Positions 29,272 through 38,737 of a stretch of DNA of 64,000 nucleotides are shown here, one piece after another (position 1 is the first letter of the stretch; each line of letters starts with the position of its first letter). The DNA comes from Candidatus Moraniibacteriota bacterium. Its GTDB lineage: Bacteria > Patescibacteriota > Minisyncoccia > Moranbacterales > UBA1568. Made by a program: the position numbers and the translations under genes. Location: NCBI GenBank assembly GCA_028711705.1, contig JAQTRS010000002.1, positions 73,617 through 137,616 on the forward strand, written 5' to 3'. The notes beneath the pieces are model-generated. The model saw only the letters and a list, made by a program, of their open reading frames with translations, searched no databases and was not told the origin of the DNA.

Positions 29272-30060
29272 TTACAATGCCAGATTGAAGAAGAAATACA
29301 GCACCAGAGTGATGACATGCATAATCGGCGCGGATATGGGTGAAAAAATCACTAAGAGAAGCAAAAGGAAGCCGAGCTGCTCAAAGAGAATGATGGTTTC
29401 GGTACGCAGCGAAAAAATCGAATACATGAGCTTCGATCCATCCAAGGGTGGGATCGGCAACAGATTAAACATGCCCAAAACCACGTTCCAGAAGATGATC
29501 ATGATCAGGAGGCCAAAGAAAATGCTGCCGCCCGATCCGGCCACCGCCTCGGCCAACTGCCCCCAACGGTCGGACCAATCCCCCACCCCGCTCAATACGC
29601 CCACGAACCTGTCCAACACATCGAATTTGATGGCCAATGCCACCGGCAAAATCTTGGCGATCATCGCCGCAATGAGAGCTATCAAAAAGTTGGAGGCAGG
29701 TCCGGCCAGCGCCACCCATGCCGGTCCCCATTTCTGATCCCGGAGATTATAAGGGTTGTAAGGCACCGGTTTTGCCCAGCCGAAAGCGAATCCGGTCGTG
29801 AACATCATTACCAGCGGCACGGCAATCGAGCCGATCGGGTCGATGTGATGCACGGGATTGAGATTGAGGCGCCCCGCATATTTGGCAGTAAGATCTCCTA
29901 ACCACAGCGCCATGACGCCATGAGATACCTCGTGTATGATGACCGAGTACAACAGAATGACGATATAGAATCCGGCGAGGACGATTTCTTGAGACATACT
30001 GAAAAAATTCAAAATTAACCCTTTTTCGGCACTGTTTATGCCCCTTCCCTTGCCAATCAT
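29272..30060 (-). CDS. site-2 protease family (peptidase M50) membrane zinc metalloprotease
   Basis: HEVSHG is the HExxH motif inside a TM helix. The protein is polytopic with an LDGS-like motif (PPLDGSK). The start may be MSQEIV at 29997. Confidence 0.65.
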   Translation of the reverse strand: MIGKGRGINSAEKGLILNFFSMSQEIVLAGFYIVILLYSVIIHEVSHGVMALWLGDLTAKYAGRLNLNPVHHIDPIGSIAVPLVMMFTTGFAFGWAKPVPYNPYNLRDQKWGPAWVALAGPASNFLIALIAAMIAKILPVALAIKFDVLDRFVGVLSGVGDWSDRWGQLAEAVAGSGGSIFFGLLIMIIFWNVVLGMFNLLPIPPLDGSKLMYSIFSLRTETIILFEQLGFLLLLLVIFSPISAPIMHVITLVLYFFFNLAL

Positions 30061-30112
30061 GCAATGCTATGATAACCTGTATATACGAATTAATCAACTT
30101 AAGGAGAACGTT

Positions 30113-30304
30113 ATGAGTCGTGTGTGCCAAATGACCGGACGAAAAACACAATCAGGTAATGCTCGAAGCCATTCCAATACCGCTACCAAACGGACGTTTA
30201 AGATTAATCTTCAGACAAAACGAGTCACTTTGGACAATGGACAGAGAGTGAAAATGCGCCTCAGCACCAAGGCAATCAAGACGCTTGCCAAGGCAGCAAG
30301 ATAA
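30113..30304 (+). CDS. rpmB: 50S ribosomal protein L28
   Basis: Begins MSRVCQMTGRKTQSGNARSHSNTATKRTF and is preceded by AAGGAG 8 nt upstream. Confidence 0.85.
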   Translation: MSRVCQMTGRKTQSGNARSHSNTATKRTFKINLQTKRVTLDNGQRVKMRLSTKAIKTLAKAAR

Positions 30305-30325
30305 GCAGTCTATCCTGATTGGGAA

Positions 30326-30370
30326 ACAAAAAACATCCTCACGCGTATATACGTATCGGGATGTTTTTTG
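30326..30370 (+). terminator. rho-independent terminator after rpmB
   Basis: AAAAAACATCC...(palindromic ACGCGTATATACGT)...GGGATGTTTTTTG forms a hairpin followed by a T6 run. Confidence 0.5.
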
Positions 30371-30426
30371 TTTCCCCAAGGTACGCTATACTGTAATCAT
30401 CGAATATAAACCATATGATTATCCCC

Positions 30427-30876
30427 ATGCTCAAAGAATTCAAAGAGTTCGCCGTCAAAGGCAATGTCGTCGACATGGCCGTCGGTATCATTATCGGTAC
30501 CGCTTTCGGTAAGATCGTCACATCCCTGGTGACCGACGTGGTGATGCCGCCTATCGGGCTCATCCTGAACAATGTGGATTTCTCCAATCTCTATTTCAAC
30601 CTTTCCGGCACCGACTATGCCACCCTTGCCGAAGCGCAGGCCGCCGGAGCACCCACCATCAACTACGGCCTTTTCCTCAACGCCTCCATCAACTTCATCA
30701 TCATTGCCTTCGTCGTCTTCCTGCTCATCAAACAGGTCAACCGCCTGCGCAAAACGGGCAAGGAGGCCGCCAAGACTATCAAGTGCCCATTCTGCACTTC
30801 CGCCATCTCGAAAAAAGCGATCCGCTGCCCGAATTGCACCTCGAAATTGGAAGTTCTTGCGCCGGTCAAAAAATAA
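30427..30876 (+). CDS. mscL: large-conductance mechanosensitive channel MscL with C-terminal Cys4 zinc-ribbon extension
   Basis: [36 protein letters not shown] is the MscL TM1 signature. The C-terminus carries KCPFC...(11)...CPNC. Confidence 0.8.
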   Translation: MLKEFKEFAVKGNVVDMAVGIIIGTAFGKIVTSLVTDVVMPPIGLILNNVDFSNLYFNLSGTDYATLAEAQAAGAPTINYGLFLNASINFIIIAFVVFLLIKQVNRLRKTGKEAAKTIKCPFCTSAISKKAIRCPNCTSKLEVLAPVKK

Positions 30877-30893
30877 CCCTGGCCGCCGTGTCC

Positions 30894-32243
30894 CTACGAC
30901 TTCCCGGCATATATCCGAAAGTCTCGCCGCGTTTCCCGATGATCCGGATTTATGGACGGGACTTTTCCGAATACCGGGCGCGCTGTCTTGCTCGGGGTAT
31001 CATACGTACCTCCGATAGCTCTGGTGATGTTCAGATAGCTGCTCGTGTCCCACCCGCTGATACCATATTTTTCGGTCAGCGTGATAGCAATGCGTATCGC
31101 CTCCTCCGGAGAGCGCGTCCACTCAAGCAGCCTCTTTGCCCAGTATATCCTTGCCCAACCGAAAATCCTCCCGCTTAACGCGAATTCCCGCTGGATACTA
31201 TTCCACAGCTTGTCGTGCGTCTTGCACTGCTCCAGCATGCGTTTCGAATACGTATGTTCCCGCATATCGTCCCGATGCCTATCGAGCGTTTCCTGCGCCC
31301 ACTTCGGGAAACCGCGGACCGAACTGTAATACGGATTGAACTCGCAGAAATGATCGGCCAATTCCCGACGCGTGATGAGCGCCTCCAGGAACATCGCCTT
31401 GAAACGGGGGTCAATTTCCGAATGCATCACCGCCCACACCACCTTCTGTATGGAGAGCTGCCCGAAATGCAGATACGGCTGCAATCGCCACTGCCACTCC
31501 TCTCGCGCGCCACTCTGCACTTTTCCTGACTTATATTCGCGGATCCTCTGTTTCAAAAACTTCCGAAACGTTTTCTGCGCTTCTGTTTCACCGGACTTGA
31601 CCCACGACACCTCCGTCACCGAACAATCCAAAGGCAGCGTATCCACTATGTGTTTCCAATCGATCGCAGGAATTTTTCCACGAAATGAAATGGGGTGCTT
31701 TCGCACCACCGGAAAAGCGTTCAAAAACGAAGGGAGTGCCGAACGGAGCTTCACGCGGAAGCTTTCCGTGCTTTTTGCCTGCGCGGAAAAGAGCCTCCAG
31801 CACGGCACGATATTATGCGAGTCCACCTCGAAAATAGGCAAAGATACTTTCCTGGACACGTCCTTCAGCCAGCGCTTCTTGGTCTGGAACGGACTGAAGT
31901 CCACGAACAAGCTGCTCGCCTTCACGCGGCGCAAAAACGAAGGTATCGCCTCTTTCGGCTCTCCCGAGAGGAAGAAAAACGGGATATTCCTTTTTTTCAA
32001 ACCGCTTTCCACCTGCGATAAGCCCTTGAGCATGAACCCGTATTGCCGGAGCGTCCCCTTGAGAAAGTGCGGGACAAAACAAAAAAGCACCACTAAAGGT
32101 ACTTTCCGTTTGACGGCCTCTTTCTGGGCATAGAGCAATGCCCAGTTGTCTCGCACGCGCTGATCCCGGCTCATCCAATACACCACCGGACCGGACGAGA
32201 CATACTGCACGTCATTGATTTGTCGAGATCGGTCATTATCCAT
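30894..32243 (-). CDS. phr: deoxyribodipyrimidine photolyase, class II CPD type
   Basis: The N-terminal VVYWMSRDQRVRDNWALLYAQ is the class II photolyase signature. The 449 aa include a C-terminal FAD-binding helical domain (WNSIQREF...GWARIYWAKR). Confidence 0.7.
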   Translation of the reverse strand: MDNDRSRQINDVQYVSSGPVVYWMSRDQRVRDNWALLYAQKEAVKRKVPLVVLFCFVPHFLKGTLRQYGFMLKGLSQVESGLKKRNIPFFFLSGEPKEAIPSFLRRVKASSLFVDFSPFQTKKRWLKDVSRKVSLPIFEVDSHNIVPCWRLFSAQAKSTESFRVKLRSALPSFLNAFPVVRKHPISFRGKIPAIDWKHIVDTLPLDCSVTEVSWVKSGETEAQKTFRKFLKQRIREYKSGKVQSGAREEWQWRLQPYLHFGQLSIQKVVWAVMHSEIDPRFKAMFLEALITRRELADHFCEFNPYYSSVRGFPKWAQETLDRHRDDMREHTYSKRMLEQCKTHDKLWNSIQREFALSGRIFGWARIYWAKRLLEWTRSPEEAIRIAITLTEKYGISGWDTSSYLNITRAIGGTYDTPSKTARPVFGKVPSINPDHRETRRDFRIYAGKS

Positions 32244-32287
32244 AGTGATGCACTTCTGGATTATACGTCCTCCCCCACCCGTTTCTT

Positions 32288-32893
32288 CTATTCGAAGATA
32301 CCGTCGAGGTTCACATCATACAGAACCTGCTCCTGAAGCAAACGGTATCCGATGATTTCCTGCTTATCGAACCACAACGCGATTTCGCGCTCCGCCTCCT
32401 CCGGACTGTCCGAGCAATGGATCAGGTTTCGCACGGCGCGGTTGTCGATGCTTGAAAGCGCATAGGAATCCACCGTCAGATCCCCACGGATGGTTCCGAC
32501 ATCGGAAGTGGTTGGTTCGGTTCCGCCCACCAGTTTCTTGACGATAGCCACCGACTGATTACCCTCAATCACCATGGCGAGCACAGGGCCCGCGGTGAAA
32601 AACTTCACATTCGAGAGGATGATATCTTTGCCATAGTCCATGACTTCCTTTTCGAGCGGCAATCCTTGAGCCTTTCGATCCTCGACGATACGCACGCCCT
32701 TGGCAAGGAACCACGCATCATCCTTGGCATAGTGCTTCCAGCACTGATCCTCGGTCGGTACGGTGAACTTGATGCCGACGAATTTCAGACCCGTGCGCTC
32801 AAGACGGCGCATAATCTCACCCATAAGCGATCGTTGGACGGCGTCCGGTTTCAATATTACGAGTGTTCGCTCCTTCTTTGGGTGTGCATGCAT
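32288..32893 (-). CDS. ndk: nucleoside diphosphate kinase (with insertions)
   Basis: Carries ERTLVILKPDAVQRSLMGEIMRRLE, catalytic NLIHCSDS and GTIRGD. Confidence 0.8.
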   Translation of the reverse strand: MHAHPKKERTLVILKPDAVQRSLMGEIMRRLERTGLKFVGIKFTVPTEDQCWKHYAKDDAWFLAKGVRIVEDRKAQGLPLEKEVMDYGKDIILSNVKFFTAGPVLAMVIEGNQSVAIVKKLVGGTEPTTSDVGTIRGDLTVDSYALSSIDNRAVRNLIHCSDSPEEAEREIALWFDKQEIIGYRLLQEQVLYDVNLDGIFE

Positions 32894-33021
32894 AGTCTTC
32901 TCTTTAATGGTTGTTTACGTATACTACCTCAACGCTATCATAAATCACCAAAAAGTACAAACTTTTTTGGCTTTACAGAGTGTCAATACTCGCTGACACA
33001 CAGTTTTGAAGGTTTAATTCC

Positions 33022-34719
33022 CTACCCCAACTCCACAATAAAACTCGTGCCCTTGCCCTCGCCTTCAGACTCGATCCATATCTTGCCCTCATGGGCTTCG
33101 ACGATGTTTTTGGCGACATAAAGACCCAGGCCGGTGCCGTTGGCGTGCAGGCGGTCGATGTCTTTGCCGCGTGAAAACTTGGTGAAAAGGTAGGGGATTT
33201 CCGTTGCCGGGATGCCGATGCCCGAGTCTTTGACGGTGATGCGCATCTTATCGTTTTCCGGGTTCTGCTCCACCGTAACGATAACGCTTCCCTTCTTGGT
33301 GTATTTGATGGCGTTATCGATGAGATTGGAGAAAACCTCCTGCAGCTTCTGTTTGTCCACTCGGAGCAATGGCGAAGGTTTTTCGGGCAATTCGAGCCTA
33401 AGGGTCAGATTTTTCAATGCCGCCGTGAACGAGAAGGATTCATATAGCTCACCCAAGATATTCTCGACACGATAGTCTTCGAATTCATATTCCATGCGCC
33501 CCGCCTCCATACGGGAAACGTTGAGCAGGTTTTCGACAAGATTGACCAGGCGGTTATTGGAAGAGATGATGCGGCGGATCGCTTCTTCCATCGGCACCGT
33601 GACCGTACCATACGCGCCCTCGAGCATCAATGAACAATACCCTTTGATAGCGGTGAGCGGCGTGCGCAGCTGATGCGAGGCGATGGAGATGAACTCGGTC
33701 TTGGTATTGTCCATCTCACGGAGGCGGTCATTGGAAATCGCCAATCTGTCCGCCATCACCTGAAGCTCTTCCTTGTGCTCCTCGGATTGCTTATATGATC
33801 GGATGAGTATGACCCCTGCAATGACAACCAAGAAGAATGTGATCGCGGTCAAGATGAGATTCATGTGCGTCTTGACGAAGAAAAACTGGGACCCGATAAG
33901 GAGGATCAGCGTGACCACCAGCGCCTGCGTCGCGAAGGCCCTGATATTGAAGGCCTTGAACTGGACGATCAGATAGCCGAGGAAGGCCATGAATATCGGC
34001 ATACCGAAAAGACCATAGATGCCTATGGTGAAATTATCGATAAGGCTGGCGATGTAGCCGGTGATGAAGAACGATATCAGAAACAGCTCGATACCGGCAG
34101 AAAACAGAAGGATTTGCATGCGCTTGTGGTGCGAATGAGCCTTCCAATACCGGCTCACGGCCAAAACCGCAATCCATAGCAGGATGAAGGCGCCGTAGAG
34201 ATGATAATAGTTCGTGAGCCAAACACCCTCCACCGCTTCGCAGCTCAAACCATCAAAACCCGAGAGATTCCAGCGTGTCGAAGTGAGCACCATAACCGGA
34301 AGAACCGGCAGAAAAATGACAAGTTTCTTCTTCAGAGAAATATCTTTCCTATCGAAAAAAACGTAGGTGAAATACAGACCCAACGCGAAGATGAGCATGA
34401 ACAGAAACCCGAGCGGCGCCCAAGCGAACATAGTCAGACGCGTGTCATACACCGTCCACACGACAAGATCGAGCACGGACCAAAGCGAAAAGAGGACCGA
34501 CATGAGCAATAACAGCCTGCTACTGAATATTTTTCCGCTTTTATAAAAGATGAAGGAACTGACAAATAGAGCGATAAGCGCTGTTGGGATATGGGAATAA
34601 TATATGAGCTTTAGAAAATCAGCATTCTCCTGAATAATCCTGTAACAGAACTCATTATTCACAACGATATCAAAACTCATAGTTTTTGTTTTTAAACGAT
34701 ACTCCTCAATAAGAAACAC
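33022..34719 (-). CDS. sensor histidine kinase with ~8-TM N-terminal domain (no adjacent response regulator)
   Basis: The HisKA region is EFISIASHQLRTPLTAIKGY and the HATPase_c region is GTGLGLYVAKNIVEAHEGKIWIESEGEGKGTSF. Confidence 0.8.
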   Translation of the reverse strand: MFLIEEYRLKTKTMSFDIVVNNEFCYRIIQENADFLKLIYYSHIPTALIALFVSSFIFYKSGKIFSSRLLLLMSVLFSLWSVLDLVVWTVYDTRLTMFAWAPLGFLFMLIFALGLYFTYVFFDRKDISLKKKLVIFLPVLPVMVLTSTRWNLSGFDGLSCEAVEGVWLTNYYHLYGAFILLWIAVLAVSRYWKAHSHHKRMQILLFSAGIELFLISFFITGYIASLIDNFTIGIYGLFGMPIFMAFLGYLIVQFKAFNIRAFATQALVVTLILLIGSQFFFVKTHMNLILTAITFFLVVIAGVILIRSYKQSEEHKEELQVMADRLAISNDRLREMDNTKTEFISIASHQLRTPLTAIKGYCSLMLEGAYGTVTVPMEEAIRRIISSNNRLVNLVENLLNVSRMEAGRMEYEFEDYRVENILGELYESFSFTAALKNLTLRLELPEKPSPLLRVDKQKLQEVFSNLIDNAIKYTKKGSVIVTVEQNPENDKMRITVKDSGIGIPATEIPYLFTKFSRGKDIDRLHANGTGLGLYVAKNIVEAHEGKIWIESEGEGKGTSFIVELG

Positions 34720-34721
34720 TC

Positions 34722-35642
34722 TTACCTTATAAATTCATTTGGAATCAATTGCTTCATGGATTCAGGATACCGCATCCATTCTTCACCAGCATCATCCATC
34801 ACGTTTACATTTTTCGAGTGAAACAGAGGTATTATCAAAGGCCTTACACCAAACAAAGTCTCCAGCTGATCCATGGCTGGTATAATAATGCTATCGACAA
34901 ACCCTCTTTCTTTTTTATTATACATCAAAAACACGTCTGCCAAAACGCCGTAACACAAAAACAATGCGAGATATTGGATATAATATTTCTTAGCAGTTCT
35001 TCCATGCTTCGAAAGCCAGTCTGAAAAATCACACACATTATCTTCGATAGGTGTGATTTCCTGGAGCATTCTATGATGAAACTCTATAAAAGACTCTCCC
35101 CATTTCGTCTGCATACTTTGAATACTATGTCCGTCACCACCATCTATCTCGTTAACTATTTTTACGCCATTGTCTTTATTATCAAAGAAAAGTTTACCTA
35201 AATAATATTTATCCGGATTCAAGGCTACGAATTTATCATTCAGATATTCACCAAATAAAGGTTGCAAATCTACCTGCTGTGCTACACGCAAAAAATGAAC
35301 GGACTCCTTGTTCGGACTCGCAATATTTCGTGCCAGCACGACACGAGGCGAATTTTTTAAACAATCAGGGATATCCCCTCCCAAAAACGCCTCGACTTTC
35401 GCTCGAAGTTCCTTGTCATTCCAACGCCTCCAGATTTCTTCCTTGGCCACCTCGATCGGCGTATACAGACGACTGATTTCGGGATCATCCAAGATACCTG
35501 TCGAAGCTTGCATTTGATCCACCTGTACCACAGATACCTGCAAAGGCTGCGTTTCGATTGTCATAGCAGTATCGCCCCCAGATACATTCTCGTCCACCCC
35601 CGAAGTCACATGCAATTCCCCCTTCAATAAGGCGCTTCCCAT
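34722..35642 (-). CDS. hypothetical protein (ends 3 nt before the histidine kinase start)
   Basis: 306-aa ORF with AT-rich codon usage and no recognisable motif. Confidence 0.35.
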   Translation of the reverse strand: MGSALLKGELHVTSGVDENVSGGDTAMTIETQPLQVSVVQVDQMQASTGILDDPEISRLYTPIEVAKEEIWRRWNDKELRAKVEAFLGGDIPDCLKNSPRVVLARNIASPNKESVHFLRVAQQVDLQPLFGEYLNDKFVALNPDKYYLGKLFFDNKDNGVKIVNEIDGGDGHSIQSMQTKWGESFIEFHHRMLQEITPIEDNVCDFSDWLSKHGRTAKKYYIQYLALFLCYGVLADVFLMYNKKERGFVDSIIIPAMDQLETLFGVRPLIIPLFHSKNVNVMDDAGEEWMRYPESMKQLIPNEFIR

Positions 35643-35896
35643 ACACGAAGTATACTATAAAATTATATGAATCATTCAATCATGCAACACACCAGTATAC
35701 ACTATTTAAGCCATTTGTCAATACACCATGTCATTATTAGTTGACAAAATACCCAATCTGTTTTCAAAAAAAATACACTACAAACGCTCTATAAAGCCAT
35801 TTATGAGAAACGAATTATTCAACGAACATTGACAAGTGACGCAAAAGATGGGCATCTGACGGTCTTGTCAATGAGCACCTTCCTATGGTCGGATTC

Positions 35897-36487
35897 CTAT
35901 AAAATGCGCAGGAAATACCGGATAACCACCACTAAGCCATAGCTGCGGAGGGTCCAGTAGAAATTAGATAGGACGCTGCTTGAGAGGAAAATCACCCAGT
36001 CCTTCTTTTTAAGCCCGTCGAATTTCCCGTGGCGCAGATAGATGGTCGTGACAAAGGGATCGGAAATGATGCTGAGCCCGACGAACGCGAGCGCGTCGCC
36101 CTTATTGAGCATCCATAAGGCGACACGAAAAAAGAGTACTGGGAAGTACATGAGTATTTTGACAAAGTAGCGCGGGAACATATTCTCATAGCCGTCCCCG
36201 CTGAATTTTTGGATCCAGGCATCGCCATTGTCCCGCACGGCACGGAGCGCGTCCATCCCCATCCAGTCCACCTTCTTGTATTCATAGACGATCAGGAAAA
36301 TAGCCGTGACCAGTATCGCGATAGCGGACATGACGATGCCGCCCACCACCACGCCCTGCCACGCGATCACTCCGGGATACGCGACATTGTCGAACACCCA
36401 GCTGGTGCCGCTCCAAAAACCGAAACCGGCCGTGACCTGCGCGATGCGTTTGAATTTTGCGGAACCAAAATAGGCCGATTCGCTCAT
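35897..36487 (-). CDS. hypothetical membrane protein
   Basis: 196 aa with 4-5 hydrophobic segments. Confidence 0.35.
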   Translation of the reverse strand: MSESAYFGSAKFKRIAQVTAGFGFWSGTSWVFDNVAYPGVIAWQGVVVGGIVMSAIAILVTAIFLIVYEYKKVDWMGMDALRAVRDNGDAWIQKFSGDGYENMFPRYFVKILMYFPVLFFRVALWMLNKGDALAFVGLSIISDPFVTTIYLRHGKFDGLKKKDWVIFLSSSVLSNFYWTLRSYGLVVVIRYFLRIL

Positions 36488-36524
36488 GGGGTTTCAGAAA
36501 AATTCTTAGATGCTCACGCTCGTC

Positions 36525-37088
36525 CTAGTATAAAACGGGAGGTTCTGACGTTCCGGTCGGCACAGGGACAACCGATGTCGCTTCCTGACTTTGCTCTGCG
36601 GCAGGCGCCGGTTCGGATGACTCCCCTTGGGCAGGAATTTCTTCCTCGGAAACAGCCCCTTCGACCGATTCGTCTATCAGCACCTCTTCCTCCTCTTCGG
36701 GGACGATATCCGATTCATCGCTGCAACGCTCGCCCTGTGCCACCGTCGTTTCATCGCAATAGGTCACGCTGCACTTGCGCTCGCCTTCCTGACACACGAG
36801 CATCGCCTGGCAGGCATCGTCGTTTGGGTCGCAGTCGGGCATATTGCGCGCCTCCTTATGCAGGATGGCATAGTAGCTCGTATCTTCCGTCGGGTCTCCT
36901 GTGCACTCTTCCGCTTCCGGATCGCACTGCGCCACGAAACACGACTGCGTCTTCGGATCGCAAGCCACGCCCACCGACACATCGTAGGTAAGGGAATATA
37001 TGAAACGGTAATACGAAAATCCCGCCGAAAAAATGGCGATCAGCGCGAGCAGTACGAAAAACTTTTTTGATTGCTCATCCATCATCAT
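36525..37088 (-). CDS. membrane-anchored Cys-rich (3x C-D-P motif) acidic protein
   Basis: An N-terminal TM (FFVLLALIAIFSAGF) is followed by 12 Cys including ACDPKTQSC, QCDPEAEEC and DCDPNDDAC, then an E/S/P-rich acidic tail. It lies 29 nt downstream of the prepilin peptidase gene. Confidence 0.4.
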   Translation of the reverse strand: MMMDEQSKKFFVLLALIAIFSAGFSYYRFIYSLTYDVSVGVACDPKTQSCFVAQCDPEAEECTGDPTEDTSYYAILHKEARNMPDCDPNDDACQAMLVCQEGERKCSVTYCDETTVAQGERCSDESDIVPEEEEEVLIDESVEGAVSEEEIPAQGESSEPAPAAEQSQEATSVVPVPTGTSEPPVLY

Positions 37089-37116
37089 AGATCTGGAGTA
37101 AAGGATTATACTTCCG

Positions 37117-37920
37117 CTAAAACATCATCACATATTGCAATATAGGGAACATTTTAGGTAACAGCGCCACAATGATGACGCCCAGCACCAGAAACGGCGC
37201 GAACGGGACCTGGCTCTTCATCCCCTTTTTTCCGAGGGCGATCAGGGTCAATCCGCCCGCCGCACCCAGGCCGAACGAGAACGTCATCGCCCACAAAACC
37301 CCCGGCCAACCCGTGACCAAGCCGACCAGCAGCGCCAGATAGACATCGCCCATACCCATCCATGTCTCGTGCGACACCCATACCAAAAGCCAAAAGAAAA
37401 TGCCCGCCCCGACGCCGGCAAAGATATACGGCAGCGAAACCAACGGGATGCCATCCATACCCGATGACTGGCTATATGCGAGCCACTGCGACAGCGCAAG
37501 GTAGGCGGCCGTCCATGAAAGCGCTATCCAGATCATGATCATCGGGATATACATCGTCAGAAGGTCATGCACGAAGATGACCACCAGCATCGAAAAAAGC
37601 CCGAGATAGAATATGGTCGGAAGAAAACTCGTCGGATCCGTCGGGGAAAATATGAACTGCCCCACCAGAGCAAACAAAATCCCCGTCCAAAATTCCACCA
37701 ATGGGTACTGCCAGGATATCTCGTCCGTGCAATTGCGGCATTTCCCCCGCAGAATCAGGAAACTGAGGAGCGGCACATTGTCATACCAAGCGATCCGCTT
37801 CTCGCATTTCGTGCAGTGCGATCGCCCCAAAAGCGTTTCTTCCGTCTGCAGACGGCAAATCACCACATTCAAAAAGCTCCCGATGATAATCCCGAAAAGG
37901 AAAAAGAGGATGGTAATCAT
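37117..37920 (-). CDS. pilD: prepilin peptidase (A24 family, type IV leader peptidase/N-methyltransferase)
   Basis: Carries N-terminal GSFLNVVICRL and the zinc-binding tetracysteine CTKCEK...CRNC, with polytopic TM topology. Confidence 0.8.
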   Translation of the reverse strand: MITILFFLFGIIIGSFLNVVICRLQTEETLLGRSHCTKCEKRIAWYDNVPLLSFLILRGKCRNCTDEISWQYPLVEFWTGILFALVGQFIFSPTDPTSFLPTIFYLGLFSMLVVIFVHDLLTMYIPMIMIWIALSWTAAYLALSQWLAYSQSSGMDGIPLVSLPYIFAGVGAGIFFWLLVWVSHETWMGMGDVYLALLVGLVTGWPGVLWAMTFSFGLGAAGGLTLIALGKKGMKSQVPFAPFLVLGVIIVALLPKMFPILQYVMMF

Positions 37921-37959
37921 ATGCTTAGAGTATATCTTCTTTCCAAACGGGCGTCAAAA

Positions 37960-38618
37960 TCAGACTGCTTTCAACACCTCGGGCACGTCATTCCTCGGAT
38001 TGTTTATCAGGGTCGATATTTTCCGAATCTTCATAGCCTTTGCCGGAAACGGGCGGAGGAGTTTTTTGGCATCATCCGTATCGACATCCGGATTCAGCCA
38101 CGCTTCCTCGCCTTGCTCGCTCAAAATAACGGGCATGCGGTCATGGATTTTCGAAACCAACGCGTTCGATGTGGTCGTGATGATAGAAAACGAGTTGATG
38201 TCTTTTCCCGACCTGTCGTGCCACGTATCGCAAATGCCTGCAAAAGCGAACAGTTCTTCATCCTTGAGGGTCACCCTATACGGAGTTTTTTCGGGCCTTT
38301 TGTATCCCATTCATAAAAACCGTCAGCCAAAACCAAACAACGATGCTTTTGAAGCAGACGTTTGAAGATAGGTTTTTCGGCCACCGTTTCCGACCTAGCA
38401 TTGATCAAGTGACTCCCGATTCTCGGATCCTTGGCCCACACGGGAACCAATCCCCAATGGTAGAAGCGCGCTTCATGGGGCGATTCCTGGGGTATGACCA
38501 GCATATCCTGACTCGGCGCAGCATTGTATCTTGGCGCATGCCGCCCCTTCGGGAGTTTGACATCGAATCTTTTTTCAAGATCCTCCCGAGAAGATATGAG
38601 TGAAAATCTTCCGCACAT
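37960..38618 (-). pseudogene. yedK: SOS response-associated peptidase (SRAP/YedK family) interrupted by a frame change in an A6 run
   Basis: The N-part (38618..38271) reads MCGRFSL..ADGFYEWDTKGPKK-LRIG*. The C-part (38310..37960, -1 frame) reads ...KTPYRVTLKDEELFAFAGICDTWHD...IHDRMPVIL. The two join cleanly at CCGAAAAAACTCC. Confidence 0.6.
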
Positions 38619-38737
38619 ACGGGTATCCTTACGATTACTCCAACACCCCCGCCGAACTGACAAAGGCCGTCCCATTCCTTTCTTCGTTATACTGAATCGC
38701 GCCTGCCGGTCTTTCAATGCGATGCGAGGAATCGCCC

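Noticed and set aside
37567-38365. Plus-strand ORFs 37567..38316 and 37613..38365 overlapping pilD and yedK
   Set aside because: They are antisense to two genes with strong family motifs (prepilin peptidase, SRAP) and have His/Arg-rich noise translations.
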